A DNA stretch of 64,000 nt, from assembly GCA_016185755.1 (NCBI GenBank), contig JACPMX010000010.1, forward strand, positions 3,863-67,862, read 5' to 3'. This stretch comes from Candidatus Woesearchaeota archaeon. Lineage in GTDB: Archaea; Nanobdellota; Nanobdellia; Woesearchaeales; GW2011-AR4. The notes under the pieces were generated by a model. That model searched no databases. It was not told the DNA's origin and was given only the letters and a program-made list of their open reading frames with translations. A program made the translations under genes and the position numbers. Below, in pieces: positions 35,808-45,785 of this stretch. Every line of letters begins with the position of its first letter. Position 1 is the stretch's first letter.

Positions 35808-37013
35808 TTATGACCTTACATTATCTTCCAGGATTGTTTTTATTTTTGGCAGCACTGTTTCGGAAATTTCAACTGATATTTCCCTTGTCCTGCCGTATCT
35901 TCCCTTCGATATTACTTTCGCGTTGACTATGCCGAGCATGTCAAATTCAGATATGATGTCTGAGACGCGCCTCTGTGTGAGTGTGCTCGTGTTGGTCTTG
36001 CCGCACAATGACTTGTATATCTCATAAACTTCGCCGGTGAATATGCTGTTTCCCCTCCCTTTCCTTAGGGAAAGTATTGAATAAAGCACAAGCTGGTACT
36101 GCTTTGGCTGTGTTGTGACTATGTCTATTATCCTGTCCCGGTCTATTTTTTCCTCTGCCTCGTCTATGTGGCTTATTGTGATTTTTCTGGAATTTTTCCT
36201 GTCAGCCACCTCTCCGGCAACCCTCAGCAGCTCAAGCGCCCTCCTTGCATCGCCGTGGTCCCTTGCAGCATATGCTGCGCATTTTTCCACCACTCCGTGC
36301 TCAAGGACATCCTTGTTGAATGCGAGCTCTGCCCTCTGCTTGAGTATTGCCTGTATCTGCAGCGCGTTGTATGGCGGGAAAACAACTTCTTCTTCAGAAA
36401 GCGATGACCTCACCCTTGGGTCAAGGTTATCAACAAACATTATGTCGTTGGATATCCCGATTATCGAGATTTGTGATTCTGTGTCTTCATTCATCCTTGT
36501 GAGGTTATAAAGGACGCTGTCTCCGGTTTTGTTTATTAGCTGGTCTATCTCGTCCAGAATCAGAATATAGTTCTGCTCGTTTTTGTTTACTGCCCTTAAA
36601 AACGCCTTGTAAATCTCTTCAGTAGGCAATCCCGTAGCCGGCAAGGACTTTCCAAGCTCTGTGGCCAGCTGCGCAATCAGCCTGTATTCCGTGTCTGCGC
36701 TTCTTTTAAGCTTGCAGTTGATATACAAAACCCGGATAGGTATGTTTTCCTTTTCAGCTATTTCCAGCAGTTTTTTTGTTGTGTGCTTGATTGTAAGTGT
36801 TTTTCCTGTGCCGGTTTTCCCGTAAATGAATATATTGGATGGTTTGTCCCTTTTTAGTGCCGGAGCAAGTATATTAGCGATTTGTTTTGTTTGTTCTTCC
36901 CTGTGAGGTATTGTTTCGGGTATATAACCTGATTGAAGCACTTTTTTGTCAAAAAAGACGCTTTCTTTTCTTAGAAATACCTCAAAGAAACCATCCAACC
37001 CCTTTTCAGTCAT
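35808..37013 (-). CDS. cdc6: Orc1/Cdc6 replication initiator
   Basis: GKTGTGKT, ILDEID, LDPRVRSS, GDARRAL, SKGRYGRT; ATG 37013 preferred because TATA lies at 37036-37043. Confidence 0.97.
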   Translation of the reverse strand: MTEKGLDGFFEVFLRKESVFFDKKVLQSGYIPETIPHREEQTKQIANILAPALKRDKPSNIFIYGKTGTGKTLTIKHTTKKLLEIAEKENIPIRVLYINCKLKRSADTEYRLIAQLATELGKSLPATGLPTEEIYKAFLRAVNKNEQNYILILDEIDQLINKTGDSVLYNLTRMNEDTESQISIIGISNDIMFVDNLDPRVRSSLSEEEVVFPPYNALQIQAILKQRAELAFNKDVLEHGVVEKCAAYAARDHGDARRALELLRVAGEVADRKNSRKITISHIDEAEEKIDRDRIIDIVTTQPKQYQLVLYSILSLRKGRGNSIFTGEVYEIYKSLCGKTNTSTLTQRRVSDIISEFDMLGIVNAKVISKGRYGRTREISVEISETVLPKIKTILEDNVRS

Positions 37014-37017
37014 GCTT

Positions 37018-37197
37018 TTCCATGCGAAATGAAGGTATTTAAACATTTCCTTTACTCTCGCTACCCCTTCATTTCTTATGGAACCGGTTTCTTTTTGTTT
37101 TTTGTTATATGATATAATATCTATCTATATAGAAAATAAATAAGGTAACACAAAAACAAAAAAAAGAAAAAACAAATTCCAATGGAAATAATGGGGT
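37018..37197. other. oriC: Replication origin (oriC): three ORB elements and an AT-rich unwinding element
   Basis: ORBs at 37018-37035 (+), 37063-37084 (-, GTTCCATAAGAAATGAAGGGGT) and 37177-37197 (+, TTCCAATGGAAATAATGGGGT); the last two are inverted around ~90 bp of AT-rich DNA; next to cdc6-DP1-DP2; coding strand switches here. Confidence 0.88.
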
Positions 37198-37281
37198 GAG
37201 CACGGTAATTTTTTATTTATTTATCACTTAATAATAATAAAAACAGTAATATTTTTAAACAAAAGACACATACCCAAAAAC

Positions 37282-38061
37282 ATGCCCACACCAACAACAG
37301 AAAAACAGCTCAGGAATTTGGGGTTGAACCTTTACGAAGTGAAGATCTGGGCTGCTTTATTGAGCAGGGGGGTTTCCACAGCAGGGGAGCTGAGCGACAT
37401 AGCCAATGTCCCGAGGTCAAGAAGCTATGACGTGCTTGAAAGCCTTGAGAAAAAGGGGTTTGTGATCATGAAGCCCGGAAAACCGGCACAGTATACTTCA
37501 ATACCCCCGAACGAAGCAATTGAAAAAACAAAGAAAAGAGCACGGGAAGAAACAAGGCTGGAAATAAGCAATTTAAACAACCCACAAGGTAAAAAAATTT
37601 TATCAAACTTGAAAAAATTACATGCGCAAGGACTTAAACATGTGGATTCACCAGACCTTTCCGGATCCCTGAAAGGCAGAACCAACATATACAATCATAT
37701 GGAAAACATGTTTAAAAGAGCAAACACCCAAATAATTATAGCAGCGGCACAAAAGGAGCTGGAAAACATTGCAGATCATTTTAATGTGCTCTTTGAGCAA
37801 CTCCACAGGAAAAATATCAAAATAAAACTTTTGACACAGCCAGGCGCAAAAGCCGGAGAGAATATGGCAAGGCTTGCAGGCATGGCAGAAACCACAAATA
37901 TTGGGAGCAATGCAAGATTCTGCATCGTTGACGGCAGGGAAATTATATTTATGGTGGGGGATGGCAATGAAGTCCATCCGGCTTATGATTTTGGGGTATG
38001 GGTGACCACCCCATTAGCCAAAGATATGGAAGAAGTGTGCTTAAGGAAGGTAAATTCATAA
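37282..38061 (+). CDS. TrmB-family transcriptional regulator
   Basis: LGLNLYE..ELSDIANVPRSRSYDVLESLEKKGF HTH; C-terminal FCIVDGRE domain. Confidence 0.92.
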   Translation: MPTPTTEKQLRNLGLNLYEVKIWAALLSRGVSTAGELSDIANVPRSRSYDVLESLEKKGFVIMKPGKPAQYTSIPPNEAIEKTKKRAREETRLEISNLNNPQGKKILSNLKKLHAQGLKHVDSPDLSGSLKGRTNIYNHMENMFKRANTQIIIAAAQKELENIADHFNVLFEQLHRKNIKIKLLTQPGAKAGENMARLAGMAETTNIGSNARFCIVDGREIIFMVGDGNEVHPAYDFGVWVTTPLAKDMEEVCLRKVNS

Positions 38062-38092
38062 GCAAAAATTTGCTTTGGGAACCACCGCAACC

Positions 38093-38278
38093 TTTATAAA
38101 TCACCCACTATTTCTTAGACTATAAATTTGCACATTGTTTAAGCAATTAAACAAAGCACATAGCCTGAAAAGATTGCCTTTTCAGTACAGTTGATTAAAC
38201 TGTTTTCTACAAAGGCCGTCAACAAAAGGCTTATTTTGCAGCAAATGACCATTAGACATAATAGTCTGTGACTATAAG
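38093..38278 (+). promoter_or_regulatory. Promoter and structured 5' leader of the ribosomal protein operon
   Basis: TTTATAAA at 38093; four hairpins in the ~150-nt leader. Confidence 0.55.
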
Positions 38279-39250
38279 ATGCCCAGAACAAGACACCCGA
38301 GAGCAGGAAGCATGCAGTTTTGGCCTAGAGTTCGCTCCAGGCAAAGCTATCCTAGGATCAGGAATTGGCCGTCTGCAAAAGAAGCAAAACCGCTTGGCTT
38401 CGCAGGCTACAAGGCCGGCATGACACATGCCCTCATCAACGACGCTAATCCGAACTCACTGACAAAAGGCACTGAAATTTTTTATCCCCTGACAGTCATC
38501 GAATGTCCCCCCATCAAAACTGCTTCTATACGATTTTACAAAAAAACCCAAAATGGGTTAAGGCTTGTTTCTGAAATTATTGCGGATTCGCTTGACAAAG
38601 AAACCGAAAGAAAAATAACGCTGCCCAAGAAAAAGGGAAAAGAAGCGGCAGATTTTGATTTTGTAAGGCTAAGCTGTCATACGCAGCCGAAACTCACCGG
38701 AATAGGGAAGAAGAAGCCTGAAATTTTTGAAATTGCAATAGGCGGAAACAAGGAGCAGCAGCTGGCTTATGCGAAAGAAAAGCTCGGCAAGGATATAAGC
38801 ATAGGCGAAGTTTTCAGGGAAGGACAGCGGCTCGATGCCCATTCATTGACGAGGGAAAAAGGGTTCCAGGGTCCGATGAGGAGGTTTGGAATCCAGCTAA
38901 GGCACCACAAGTCAGAAAAAAGCAGGAGAAACCCAGGGTCTTTGGGGCCATGGAAGGCGCAAGGCCACGTAATGTGGAGGGTAGCGCATGCAGGCAAGAC
39001 CGGCAAGCACCTGAGGACAGAATACAACAAAATAATAGTAAAGATAGGGGAAAAGTCTGATGAAATAAACCCCAAGGGGGGTTTTTTGCATTACGGTCTG
39101 GTAAAGAACCACTACCTTCTTGTCAAGGGATCTATTTCAGGGCCGCAAAAAAGGCTGATAAGGTTTACAGAATCAATCAGGGCTAAAAAAATGATAAGCG
39201 AAGCGCCGCAAATAGCGTACGTCAGCATTGAATCAAAGCAGGGGAGATAA
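38279..39250 (+). CDS. rpl3: 50S ribosomal protein L3
   Basis: PRAGSMQFWPR, GFAGYKAGMTH; first gene of operon. Confidence 0.98.
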   Translation: MPRTRHPRAGSMQFWPRVRSRQSYPRIRNWPSAKEAKPLGFAGYKAGMTHALINDANPNSLTKGTEIFYPLTVIECPPIKTASIRFYKKTQNGLRLVSEIIADSLDKETERKITLPKKKGKEAADFDFVRLSCHTQPKLTGIGKKKPEIFEIAIGGNKEQQLAYAKEKLGKDISIGEVFREGQRLDAHSLTREKGFQGPMRRFGIQLRHHKSEKSRRNPGSLGPWKAQGHVMWRVAHAGKTGKHLRTEYNKIIVKIGEKSDEINPKGGFLHYGLVKNHYLLVKGSISGPQKRLIRFTESIRAKKMISEAPQIAYVSIESKQGR

Positions 39251-39252
39251 AA

Positions 39253-40059
39253 ATGAAGCTTGATGTTTTTGATTCCGCAAAAAACAGGGTTGGAGAGATA
39301 ACCCTGCCGGAGCAGTTCAAAGAAGAAATCAGGCCGGACATAATAAACAGGGCAGTATTGTCCATACAAAGCCACAACAGGCAGCCGTACGCGTCAAGCG
39401 ACGAGGCCGGGAAAAGGTCATCGGCAAAATTATCGAGAAGAAGAAGAGACTACAGGGGTTCATACGGTTTAGGAATTTCAAGAGTGCCGAGGAAAATAAT
39501 GTCCAGGCGCGGTATGAGGATGAACTGGGTCGGCGCATTTGCCCCTGGAACCGTCGGCGGAAGAAGGGCCCACCCTCCCAAAACTGAAAAGATATGGTGG
39601 AAAAAAATTAATGAAAAAGAAAGGTCAAAAGCCATCAGAAGCACTATCTCGGCAACAATCCTGAAGCTGGTTGTTGCTGAAAGGGGCCACAAGGTCCCGG
39701 AGAACTACCCCTTTGCATTGGATGGAAAATTCGAAGAAATGAGCAAGACCAAAAGCGTGCTGGACGCGTTAGTCAAGCTTGGGCTGGCAAATGAATTGGA
39801 AAGAGTCGAGGGGAAAAAAGTAAGGGCCGGGAAGGGAAAATCAAGGGGCAGGAAATACAGGAGAAAAAAAGGGCCGCTGATTGTTGTGTCAAAAACAAAC
39901 CACCTAAGCAAGGCAGTTGCAAATATACCTGGGGTGGACATTGTTGATGTCAAGAATCTTAATGCCGAGCTGCTCGCGCCTGGAGGGAAAGCTGGAAGGC
40001 TTACCCTATGGACCAGCAACGCAATCAGCATTTTGGAGAAAGAAAAATTATTCAGATAA
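39253..40059 (+). CDS. rpl4: 50S ribosomal protein L4
   Basis: GGRRAHPPK, LAPGGKAGRLTLW. Confidence 0.98.
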   Translation: MKLDVFDSAKNRVGEITLPEQFKEEIRPDIINRAVLSIQSHNRQPYASSDEAGKRSSAKLSRRRRDYRGSYGLGISRVPRKIMSRRGMRMNWVGAFAPGTVGGRRAHPPKTEKIWWKKINEKERSKAIRSTISATILKLVVAERGHKVPENYPFALDGKFEEMSKTKSVLDALVKLGLANELERVEGKKVRAGKGKSRGRKYRRKKGPLIVVSKTNHLSKAVANIPGVDIVDVKNLNAELLAPGGKAGRLTLWTSNAISILEKEKLFR

Positions 40060-40060
40060 A

Positions 40061-40321
40061 ATGGACCCGTACACTATAATCAAATACCCTTTGTCGACTG
40101 AAAAATCGATAAGGCTGATGGAAGCCGAGAACAAGCTGATATTTGTAGTAAACAAAAAAGCAACCAAGAAAGAAATCAAGAAATCCATAGAGGACATGTT
40201 CAAGGTCGAAGTTGACAGCATAAATACATTCGTGAATGCTGACGGGGAGAAAAGGGCGTATGTCAAGTTTGCTGCCAAAAATCCGGCGATTGACATAGCC
40301 ACTCAGATGGGGTTGATGTAA
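40061..40321 (+). CDS. rpl23: 50S ribosomal protein L23
   Basis: IIKYPLSTEKS..ENKLIFVV..KRAYVK; start moved to 40061. Confidence 0.97.
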   Translation: MDPYTIIKYPLSTEKSIRLMEAENKLIFVVNKKATKKEIKKSIEDMFKVEVDSINTFVNADGEKRAYVKFAAKNPAIDIATQMGLM

Positions 40322-40322
40322 G

Positions 40323-41042
40323 GTGGGTAAAAATCTTATACAGCAGAAAAGGGGAAAAGGAAGCCCAAGGTACAGGGCGCCTAGCTTTAATTACAAGGGC
40401 AAGGCAAGCTTTTCAAGATATGATGATGGCAAGGCAATAAGCGGGGCAATTACAGACATAGTGCACAGCAGCGGCCACAGCGCCCCCTTGATGGAGCTGA
40501 AATATACGAACGGCGAAATAGGCTTGTTGCAGGCCCCGGAAGGCGTGAAGGTAGGGGACCAGATTGAGGTAGGGACTGATGTTGAAGTTAAAACCGGAAA
40601 CATACTTCCTCTCAAAAGCATGCCTGAAGGCACATCCATCTATAATATAGAGTCAAACCCCGGCGATGGGGGAAAATTTGTAAGGTCAAGCGGTGCATTT
40701 GCAAAGATAATAACAAAGACAAGCGAAGGAATTGTTGTGCAGCTCCCTTCAAACAAGAGAAGAATTTTTTTGCCTGAATGCAAGGCCGCAGTAGGCATCG
40801 TGGCTGGCTCGGGAAGGACGGAAAAGCCATTTTTGAAAGCCGGCAGCAAATTTTATGCAATGAAAGCCAAGAACAAACTATGGCCAAACGTGAGCGGGAC
40901 ATCAATGAATTCAGTAAGCCACCCGTTTGGAGGCTCAAGTTCGCATGCAAAGGGAATACCGACACAATCTGCAAGAAATTCACCGCCTGGGCGAAAAGTG
41001 GGAAAGATAGCACCTAAAAGAACAGGCAGGCACAAGAGGTAG
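40323..41042 (+). CDS. rpl2: 50S ribosomal protein L2
   Basis: QKRGKGS, PGDGGKFVRSSG, MNSVSHPFGG. Confidence 0.98.
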   Translation: MGKNLIQQKRGKGSPRYRAPSFNYKGKASFSRYDDGKAISGAITDIVHSSGHSAPLMELKYTNGEIGLLQAPEGVKVGDQIEVGTDVEVKTGNILPLKSMPEGTSIYNIESNPGDGGKFVRSSGAFAKIITKTSEGIVVQLPSNKRRIFLPECKAAVGIVAGSGRTEKPFLKAGSKFYAMKAKNKLWPNVSGTSMNSVSHPFGGSSSHAKGIPTQSARNSPPGRKVGKIAPKRTGRHKR

Positions 41043-41044
41043 CA

Positions 41045-41428
41045 ATGGCAAAAAAAGAATTCACTTTCAGGGGGAAGACAATTGACGAGCTTAAGAAGTT
41101 AAGCATGAATGAGCTGTCCCAGCTTTTGGCATCAAGGCAAAGAAGAACTATCAAGAGGGGATTCACCGACCAGCAGAAGATACTGCTCAAAAAGCTGAGG
41201 GCAAACGAGAAAAACATAGAAACCCATTGCAGGGACATGGTAATCCTGCCCGAGATGGTAGGCTCAACAATCAAAGTGCACCAGGGCAAGGAATTTGTCC
41301 CTGTTATGGTGGAGCCTGATATGGTCGGCCATTACCTCGGAGAATTTGCGTTGACAAGAAAAAGAGTTGCGCACAGCGCGCCTGGAATAGGGGCCACAAG
41401 GTCAAGCGCAAGCCTGTCGGTGAAGTAA
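41045..41428 (+). CDS. rps19: 30S ribosomal protein S19
   Basis: THCRDMVILPEMVG, GHYLGEFALTR. Confidence 0.98.
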   Translation: MAKKEFTFRGKTIDELKKLSMNELSQLLASRQRRTIKRGFTDQQKILLKKLRANEKNIETHCRDMVILPEMVGSTIKVHQGKEFVPVMVEPDMVGHYLGEFALTRKRVAHSAPGIGATRSSASLSVK

Positions 41429-41899
41429 ATGAAAGGGCACACTTTTAGGGAATACCAAAAGGAGCACATGGCAAGGGCCGTGAGCATGGCATTGCCGATA
41501 TCAGTCAAGCAAAGTGTGGAGATATGCAATTATATCAGGAACAAGAACGTTTCCAGTGCAAAAAAGATGCTGCAGGATGTAATAGAAAAAAAGGCAGCAG
41601 TACCGTTCAAAAGATACAATTTCGACCTTGGGCACAAGACAAAAATAGGCCCGGCAAGGTACCCTGAAAAGGCATCCAAAGAATTCATCAAATTGATAGA
41701 CAACGTAGAGGCAAATGCCCAGTTCAAGGGGCTGAACACATCAAACCTCGTGATAGCGCACGCAAGCGCCCACAAGGCCGGCAAGGCATGGCATTTCGGA
41801 AGGAAGTCAAGAAGAAGAATGAAGAGGACAAACCTCGAGATAGTTGTCGAGGAAAAATCAAAAACAGAAAGCAAAGCAGCTAAAGAAGCAAAAAAATGA
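41429..41899 (+). CDS. rpl22: 50S ribosomal protein L22
   Basis: AVPFKRY, RYPEKA, EANAQFKGL. Confidence 0.97.
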   Translation: MKGHTFREYQKEHMARAVSMALPISVKQSVEICNYIRNKNVSSAKKMLQDVIEKKAAVPFKRYNFDLGHKTKIGPARYPEKASKEFIKLIDNVEANAQFKGLNTSNLVIAHASAHKAGKAWHFGRKSRRRMKRTNLEIVVEEKSKTESKAAKEAKK

Positions 41900-42624
41900 T
41901 CGAAAGAAAATTTGTGGCGCAAAAAATGAAGGAATTCCAGATTGAAGAATACATAACGCAGAGCCTCGAGAACGTAGGCCACAGCCACACGAAAATGGTC
42001 AAGACCCCTTTAGGCGAGAAAATAATAATTTATGCATCAAGGCCCGGGCTTATAGTTGGAAGAAAAGGCCAGAACATCAAGCAGCTGACTAAAACTTTGA
42101 AGAGGAAATTTGACCTTGAGAACCCGCAGATAGAGATAAGTGAGGTGGAAAATCCGAGCCTCGATGCGCATATAGTGTCAGAGAAAATTGTTGACGCACT
42201 GGAAAAATTCGGCTCAGAAAAATTCAAGGCAATAGGGCACAAGATAATGACTGATGTTATGAGGTCAGGCGCCCTCGGTATAGAAATAGTTGTCAGCGGC
42301 AAAGTGCCGAGCTCAAGGGCAAAATCATGGAGGTTTTATTCAGGCTACCTCAAGAAATGCGGCGATATAGCCATCACTGGGGTAAGGAAATCAAATGCGC
42401 AGGCCCAGCTTAAGACTGGGATAATCGGAATCAAAGTCAAGATAATGCCTCCTGACATAAAGCTTCCTGACGACATAGAATTAGTCGAGGAAAAAGAAGT
42501 AAAAGTCGAGGCAGTAAAGGAAGGAGAGGACAAGGCGGAGCAGAAAGAAGCAAAAGAAAAGCCCAAGAGGAGGAGCCCGCGCAAGAAGAAAAATGAAGCA
42601 GAAAGAACTGAAAGCAATGAATGA
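41896..42624 (+). CDS. rps3: 30S ribosomal protein S3
   Basis: RPGLIVGRKG KH domain; GIIGIKVKIMPP. Confidence 0.98.
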   Translation: MIERKFVAQKMKEFQIEEYITQSLENVGHSHTKMVKTPLGEKIIIYASRPGLIVGRKGQNIKQLTKTLKRKFDLENPQIEISEVENPSLDAHIVSEKIVDALEKFGSEKFKAIGHKIMTDVMRSGALGIEIVVSGKVPSSRAKSWRFYSGYLKKCGDIAITGVRKSNAQAQLKTGIIGIKVKIMPPDIKLPDDIELVEEKEVKVEAVKEGEDKAEQKEAKEKPKRRSPRKKKNEAERTESNE

Positions 42625-42811
42625 GCAGGACCTTAACAGCAAGGTTGCCGAGCTGAAAAAGGAGCTCATGAAAACATACTCCCAGATAGCTATAGGCACA
42701 ATACCAAAAAGCCCGGGCAGGGTAAAGGAGATGAAAAAAACAATTGCTAAAATTTTCACAATAAACAATCAAAAAATTCGAATGAAGGAGGAACAAAAAA
42801 GGAATGACTGA
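42593..42811 (+). CDS. rpl29: 50S ribosomal protein L29
   Basis: [16 protein letters not shown]; synteny. Confidence 0.95.
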   Translation: MKQKELKAMNEQDLNSKVAELKKELMKTYSQIAIGTIPKSPGRVKEMKKTIAKIFTINNQKIRMKEEQKRND

Positions 42812-43112
42812 AGTATGCCCGATGTGCGGCTTGGTGAAGGAGCTTTGTGTATGCGAGACAATAGCCAAGGAAAGCCAGAAGATTTTTGTTTATATCGAGA
42901 GGAAGAAATTCAACAAGAACTACACGATTGTGGAAGGCATAGACGAAAAGGAGATAGACCTGAAAGAGCTGGCAAAGAAGCTTAAGTCTGAGCTTGCATG
43001 CGGCGGCACAATAAAAGACGGCAAGATAGAGCTGCAGGGCGAGCACAAGCAAAAGGCAAAAAGGATATTGGTTGAGCATGGCTTTGCGCCGGGCAGCGTT
43101 GAGGTAAGGTAA
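42804..43112 (+). CDS. sui1: Translation initiation factor aIF-1 (SUI1)
   Basis: [17 protein letters not shown]. Confidence 0.97.
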   Translation: MTEVCPMCGLVKELCVCETIAKESQKIFVYIERKKFNKNYTIVEGIDEKEIDLKELAKKLKSELACGGTIKDGKIELQGEHKQKAKRILVEHGFAPGSVEVR

Positions 43113-43128
43113 CACTTTAAGAAATAAA

Positions 43129-43557
43129 ATGGCAAAAGAAGCAAGAAATATAGGAGTTGCTGTGGAAATTCCGAAGCAGGAATGCAGCGATGCAAATTGC
43201 CCCTTCCACGGAAATTTAAGCGCTAGGGGCAGGCAGTTCACAGGCATAGTGGTATCCTCAAAAATGAGAAAGACGGCAGTCATTGAATTTGAAAGGCAGT
43301 ACTTCCTTCCAAAATATGAGAGGTATGAAAAAAGGAGGACATCCATCAAAGTTCATAATCCTGAATGTGTCAATGCAAAAGACGGCGACATAGTAAAGAT
43401 AATGGAATGCAGGCCGCTGAGCAAGACAAAAAATTTTGTAATACTCCAGAAGCTGGGTTCAGAAAAAGGATTCAAGGGAAAAATGGAAGCAAGGGAAATG
43501 TCAAAGGCAGAGAAGCCGAAGAAAGACGAAAAAGCTGAAACGGGGGAGGAATCATAA
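43129..43557 (+). CDS. rps17: 30S ribosomal protein S17
   Basis: CPFHGNL, KYERYEKRR, ECRPLSKTK. Confidence 0.98.
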   Translation: MAKEARNIGVAVEIPKQECSDANCPFHGNLSARGRQFTGIVVSSKMRKTAVIEFERQYFLPKYERYEKRRTSIKVHNPECVNAKDGDIVKIMECRPLSKTKNFVILQKLGSEKGFKGKMEAREMSKAEKPKKDEKAETGEES

Positions 43558-43958
43558 TGCAGCCGCTAAAAGCACGCGTGGCAAAGGCGCTTCCTGTTTA
43601 CAGCAAGATTGAGACATGCGACAATTCAGGGGCTAAAGTAATCAAGGTATTCACGGTCATGGGGTCCAAGACAGTAAAGGGAAGGATATCGAGCTGCGGC
43701 GTAGGTGACTTGGTCATGGCATCTGTAATAAAAGGCAGGCCTGACATGAGAAAACAGGTGGTTTTAGCAGTTATAGTCCGGCAGAAAAAGGAGTATAGGA
43801 GAGCTGACGGCATGAGGATAAAATTTGAAGACAATGCGGCAGTAGTGCTGAAGGATGACAAGGGAAATCCAAAAGGCACAATATTCAAGGGGGCAATTGC
43901 AAAGGAAGCCTGCGAACGATGGCCTGGCATAGCAAAACTAGCAAGTGTGGTGGTGTGA
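43557..43958 (+). CDS. rpl14: 50S ribosomal protein L14
   Basis: DNSGAK, FEDNAAV. Confidence 0.98.
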   Translation: MQPLKARVAKALPVYSKIETCDNSGAKVIKVFTVMGSKTVKGRISSCGVGDLVMASVIKGRPDMRKQVVLAVIVRQKKEYRRADGMRIKFEDNAAVVLKDDKGNPKGTIFKGAIAKEACERWPGIAKLASVVV

Positions 43959-43962
43959 TAGC

Positions 43963-44340
43963 ATGAAAAAATTTTCAAGGGAATGGAAGAGCAGCACAAA
44001 GGCAGGCAAGCAGAAAAAGTACAGGTTTAATGCCCCGCTCCACATCAGGAAAAAGCTTTTGCATTCGCACCTTTCAAAAGATCTCAGGAAAAAATACGGA
44101 AAGAGGAACACCGGCCTGAGAAAAGGAGACAAGGTGAAAATACTGCGCGGGCAGTTCAGGAAGCATGAGGGGAAGGTAGAACGAGTGGATGCAAAAAAGC
44201 TCAGGATATTCGTTAATGGCGTTGAAATGCCGAAAAGGGACGGCACAAAAAAACTGCTTCCCCTGGACCCGTCGAACCTCATGATAACCGAGCTAAATAT
44301 GGATGACAAGCTAAGGCAAAAGACATTGGAGAGGAAATAA
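43963..44340 (+). CDS. rpl24: 50S ribosomal protein L24
   Basis: APLHIR, RKGDKVKILRG KOW, PSNLMI; start moved to 43963. Confidence 0.97.
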   Translation: MKKFSREWKSSTKAGKQKKYRFNAPLHIRKKLLHSHLSKDLRKKYGKRNTGLRKGDKVKILRGQFRKHEGKVERVDAKKLRIFVNGVEMPKRDGTKKLLPLDPSNLMITELNMDDKLRQKTLERK

Positions 44341-44341
44341 A

Positions 44342-45031
44342 ATGGGAAAAGACCACCTTAAAAGGCTCGCAGCGCCAAAGACCTGGAATGTCAGGAGGAA
44401 GGGGATAAAGTTCATCACCAAGCCGGTGCCGGGCCCGCACAGCATTGAAAAAGGAATTCCGCTGAGTGCGCTGCTGAAGGAAGTGCTTGATTACGCTGCA
44501 ACAACCCGCGAGGTAAAGAAAATACTGCACACAAGCGAAATAAAGATAGACGGAAAGCCGAGAAAAGATTTTAGGTTCCCAATTGGCGTGTTTGACACGC
44601 TGGAATTTAAGGGGACAAATGAATTTTTTAGGATAATAATGGACAAAAAAGGGAAAGTCGGACTGATAAAAATAGGCAGGGAAGAGGCATCGCTCAAGCC
44701 GTGCAAGATAATAGGAAAAAGGCTGGTCAGGGGAAAAACCCAGCTGAATCTTTACGACGGGAAAAACATACTTGTGGATAAAGACGGCTACAAGGTCGGG
44801 GACACAGTGTTACTGTCGCTGCCGGACCAGAAGATAAGCAAGCACTTCAAGCTTGGCAAAAAATCGGCAATATTCCTGACAGGGGGGAAGCACATAGGCG
44901 AGACAGGAAAAGTGGAGGATATTGCAGAGAGCAGGATAATATACAAAAACAAGGATGGGGAGCTCGTCGAGACATTAAAGGACTATGCATTTGTCATTGG
45001 AAGCGACAACCCGATAATTTCACTTGAATAA
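44342..45031 (+). CDS. rps4e: 30S ribosomal protein S4e
   Basis: HLKRLAAPKTW, PGPH, GGKHIGE. Confidence 0.98.
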   Translation: MGKDHLKRLAAPKTWNVRRKGIKFITKPVPGPHSIEKGIPLSALLKEVLDYAATTREVKKILHTSEIKIDGKPRKDFRFPIGVFDTLEFKGTNEFFRIIMDKKGKVGLIKIGREEASLKPCKIIGKRLVRGKTQLNLYDGKNILVDKDGYKVGDTVLLSLPDQKISKHFKLGKKSAIFLTGGKHIGETGKVEDIAESRIIYKNKDGELVETLKDYAFVIGSDNPIISLE

Positions 45032-45032
45032 G

Positions 45033-45545
45033 ATGGACTCAATGAAGCACATAAAGATAGAAAAAGTGACGCTTAACATTGGCGCCGGAAAGGACCAGTC
45101 AAGGCTAGAGAAAGGAATTGCATTATTGAGGGCAATTACAAATGCCACTCCTATTAAGACCGTGACAAAAAAAAGAATACAGGAATGGGGCCTGAGGCCG
45201 GGGCTCCCTATCGGATGCAAGCTTACGTTAAGAAAAGACAAGGCTGCCAAAATTCTTCCAAGGCTTTTGGACGCAGTCGAAAACAAGCTTATGGAGAGGC
45301 AGTTTGACCATAATGGGAATATAGCATTCGGCATCCCGGAATATATAGAGATCCCCGGGGTAAAATACGACCCAAAGATAGGCATAATGGGGCTTGAAGT
45401 ATGCATAACACTTGAAAGGCCGGGCTTCAGGATAAAGAAAAGAAGGATGCTCCAAAGAAGAATACCGGCAAGGCACAGGATATCCAAGCAGGAAGCCGTG
45501 GAATTCATGGCAAAAAATTTCAACACGATAGTGGGGGCAGAATAA
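45033..45545 (+). CDS. rpl5: 50S ribosomal protein L5
   Basis: IEKVTLNIGAG, PIGCKLTLR, YDPKIGIMGL. Confidence 0.98.
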   Translation: MDSMKHIKIEKVTLNIGAGKDQSRLEKGIALLRAITNATPIKTVTKKRIQEWGLRPGLPIGCKLTLRKDKAAKILPRLLDAVENKLMERQFDHNGNIAFGIPEYIEIPGVKYDPKIGIMGLEVCITLERPGFRIKKRRMLQRRIPARHRISKQEAVEFMAKNFNTIVGAE

Positions 45546-45776
45546 ATGACTTACAGCGACTACAGGAAAGTTTTCAAGCAATTGAAGGAGAAGCCCGTTA
45601 AGATGCAGAAATACATAAAGCACAATTCTCCAAAGCCGAGAAAATACGGAAGATCCACAAAAAAATGCAGAAGATGCGGACGCCCCGGGGGATACATAAG
45701 CAAGTACGGGCTTGGGCTGTGCAGGACATGTTTCAGGGAAATAGCGACAAACCTTGGATTTAAAAAATACAGTTAA
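45546..45776 (+). CDS. rps14: 30S ribosomal protein S14 (Zn-binding, N-terminally extended)
   Basis: [17 protein letters not shown]. Confidence 0.96.
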   Translation: MTYSDYRKVFKQLKEKPVKMQKYIKHNSPKPRKYGRSTKKCRRCGRPGGYISKYGLGLCRTCFREIATNLGFKKYS

Positions 45777-45785
45777 GCATTAAAA

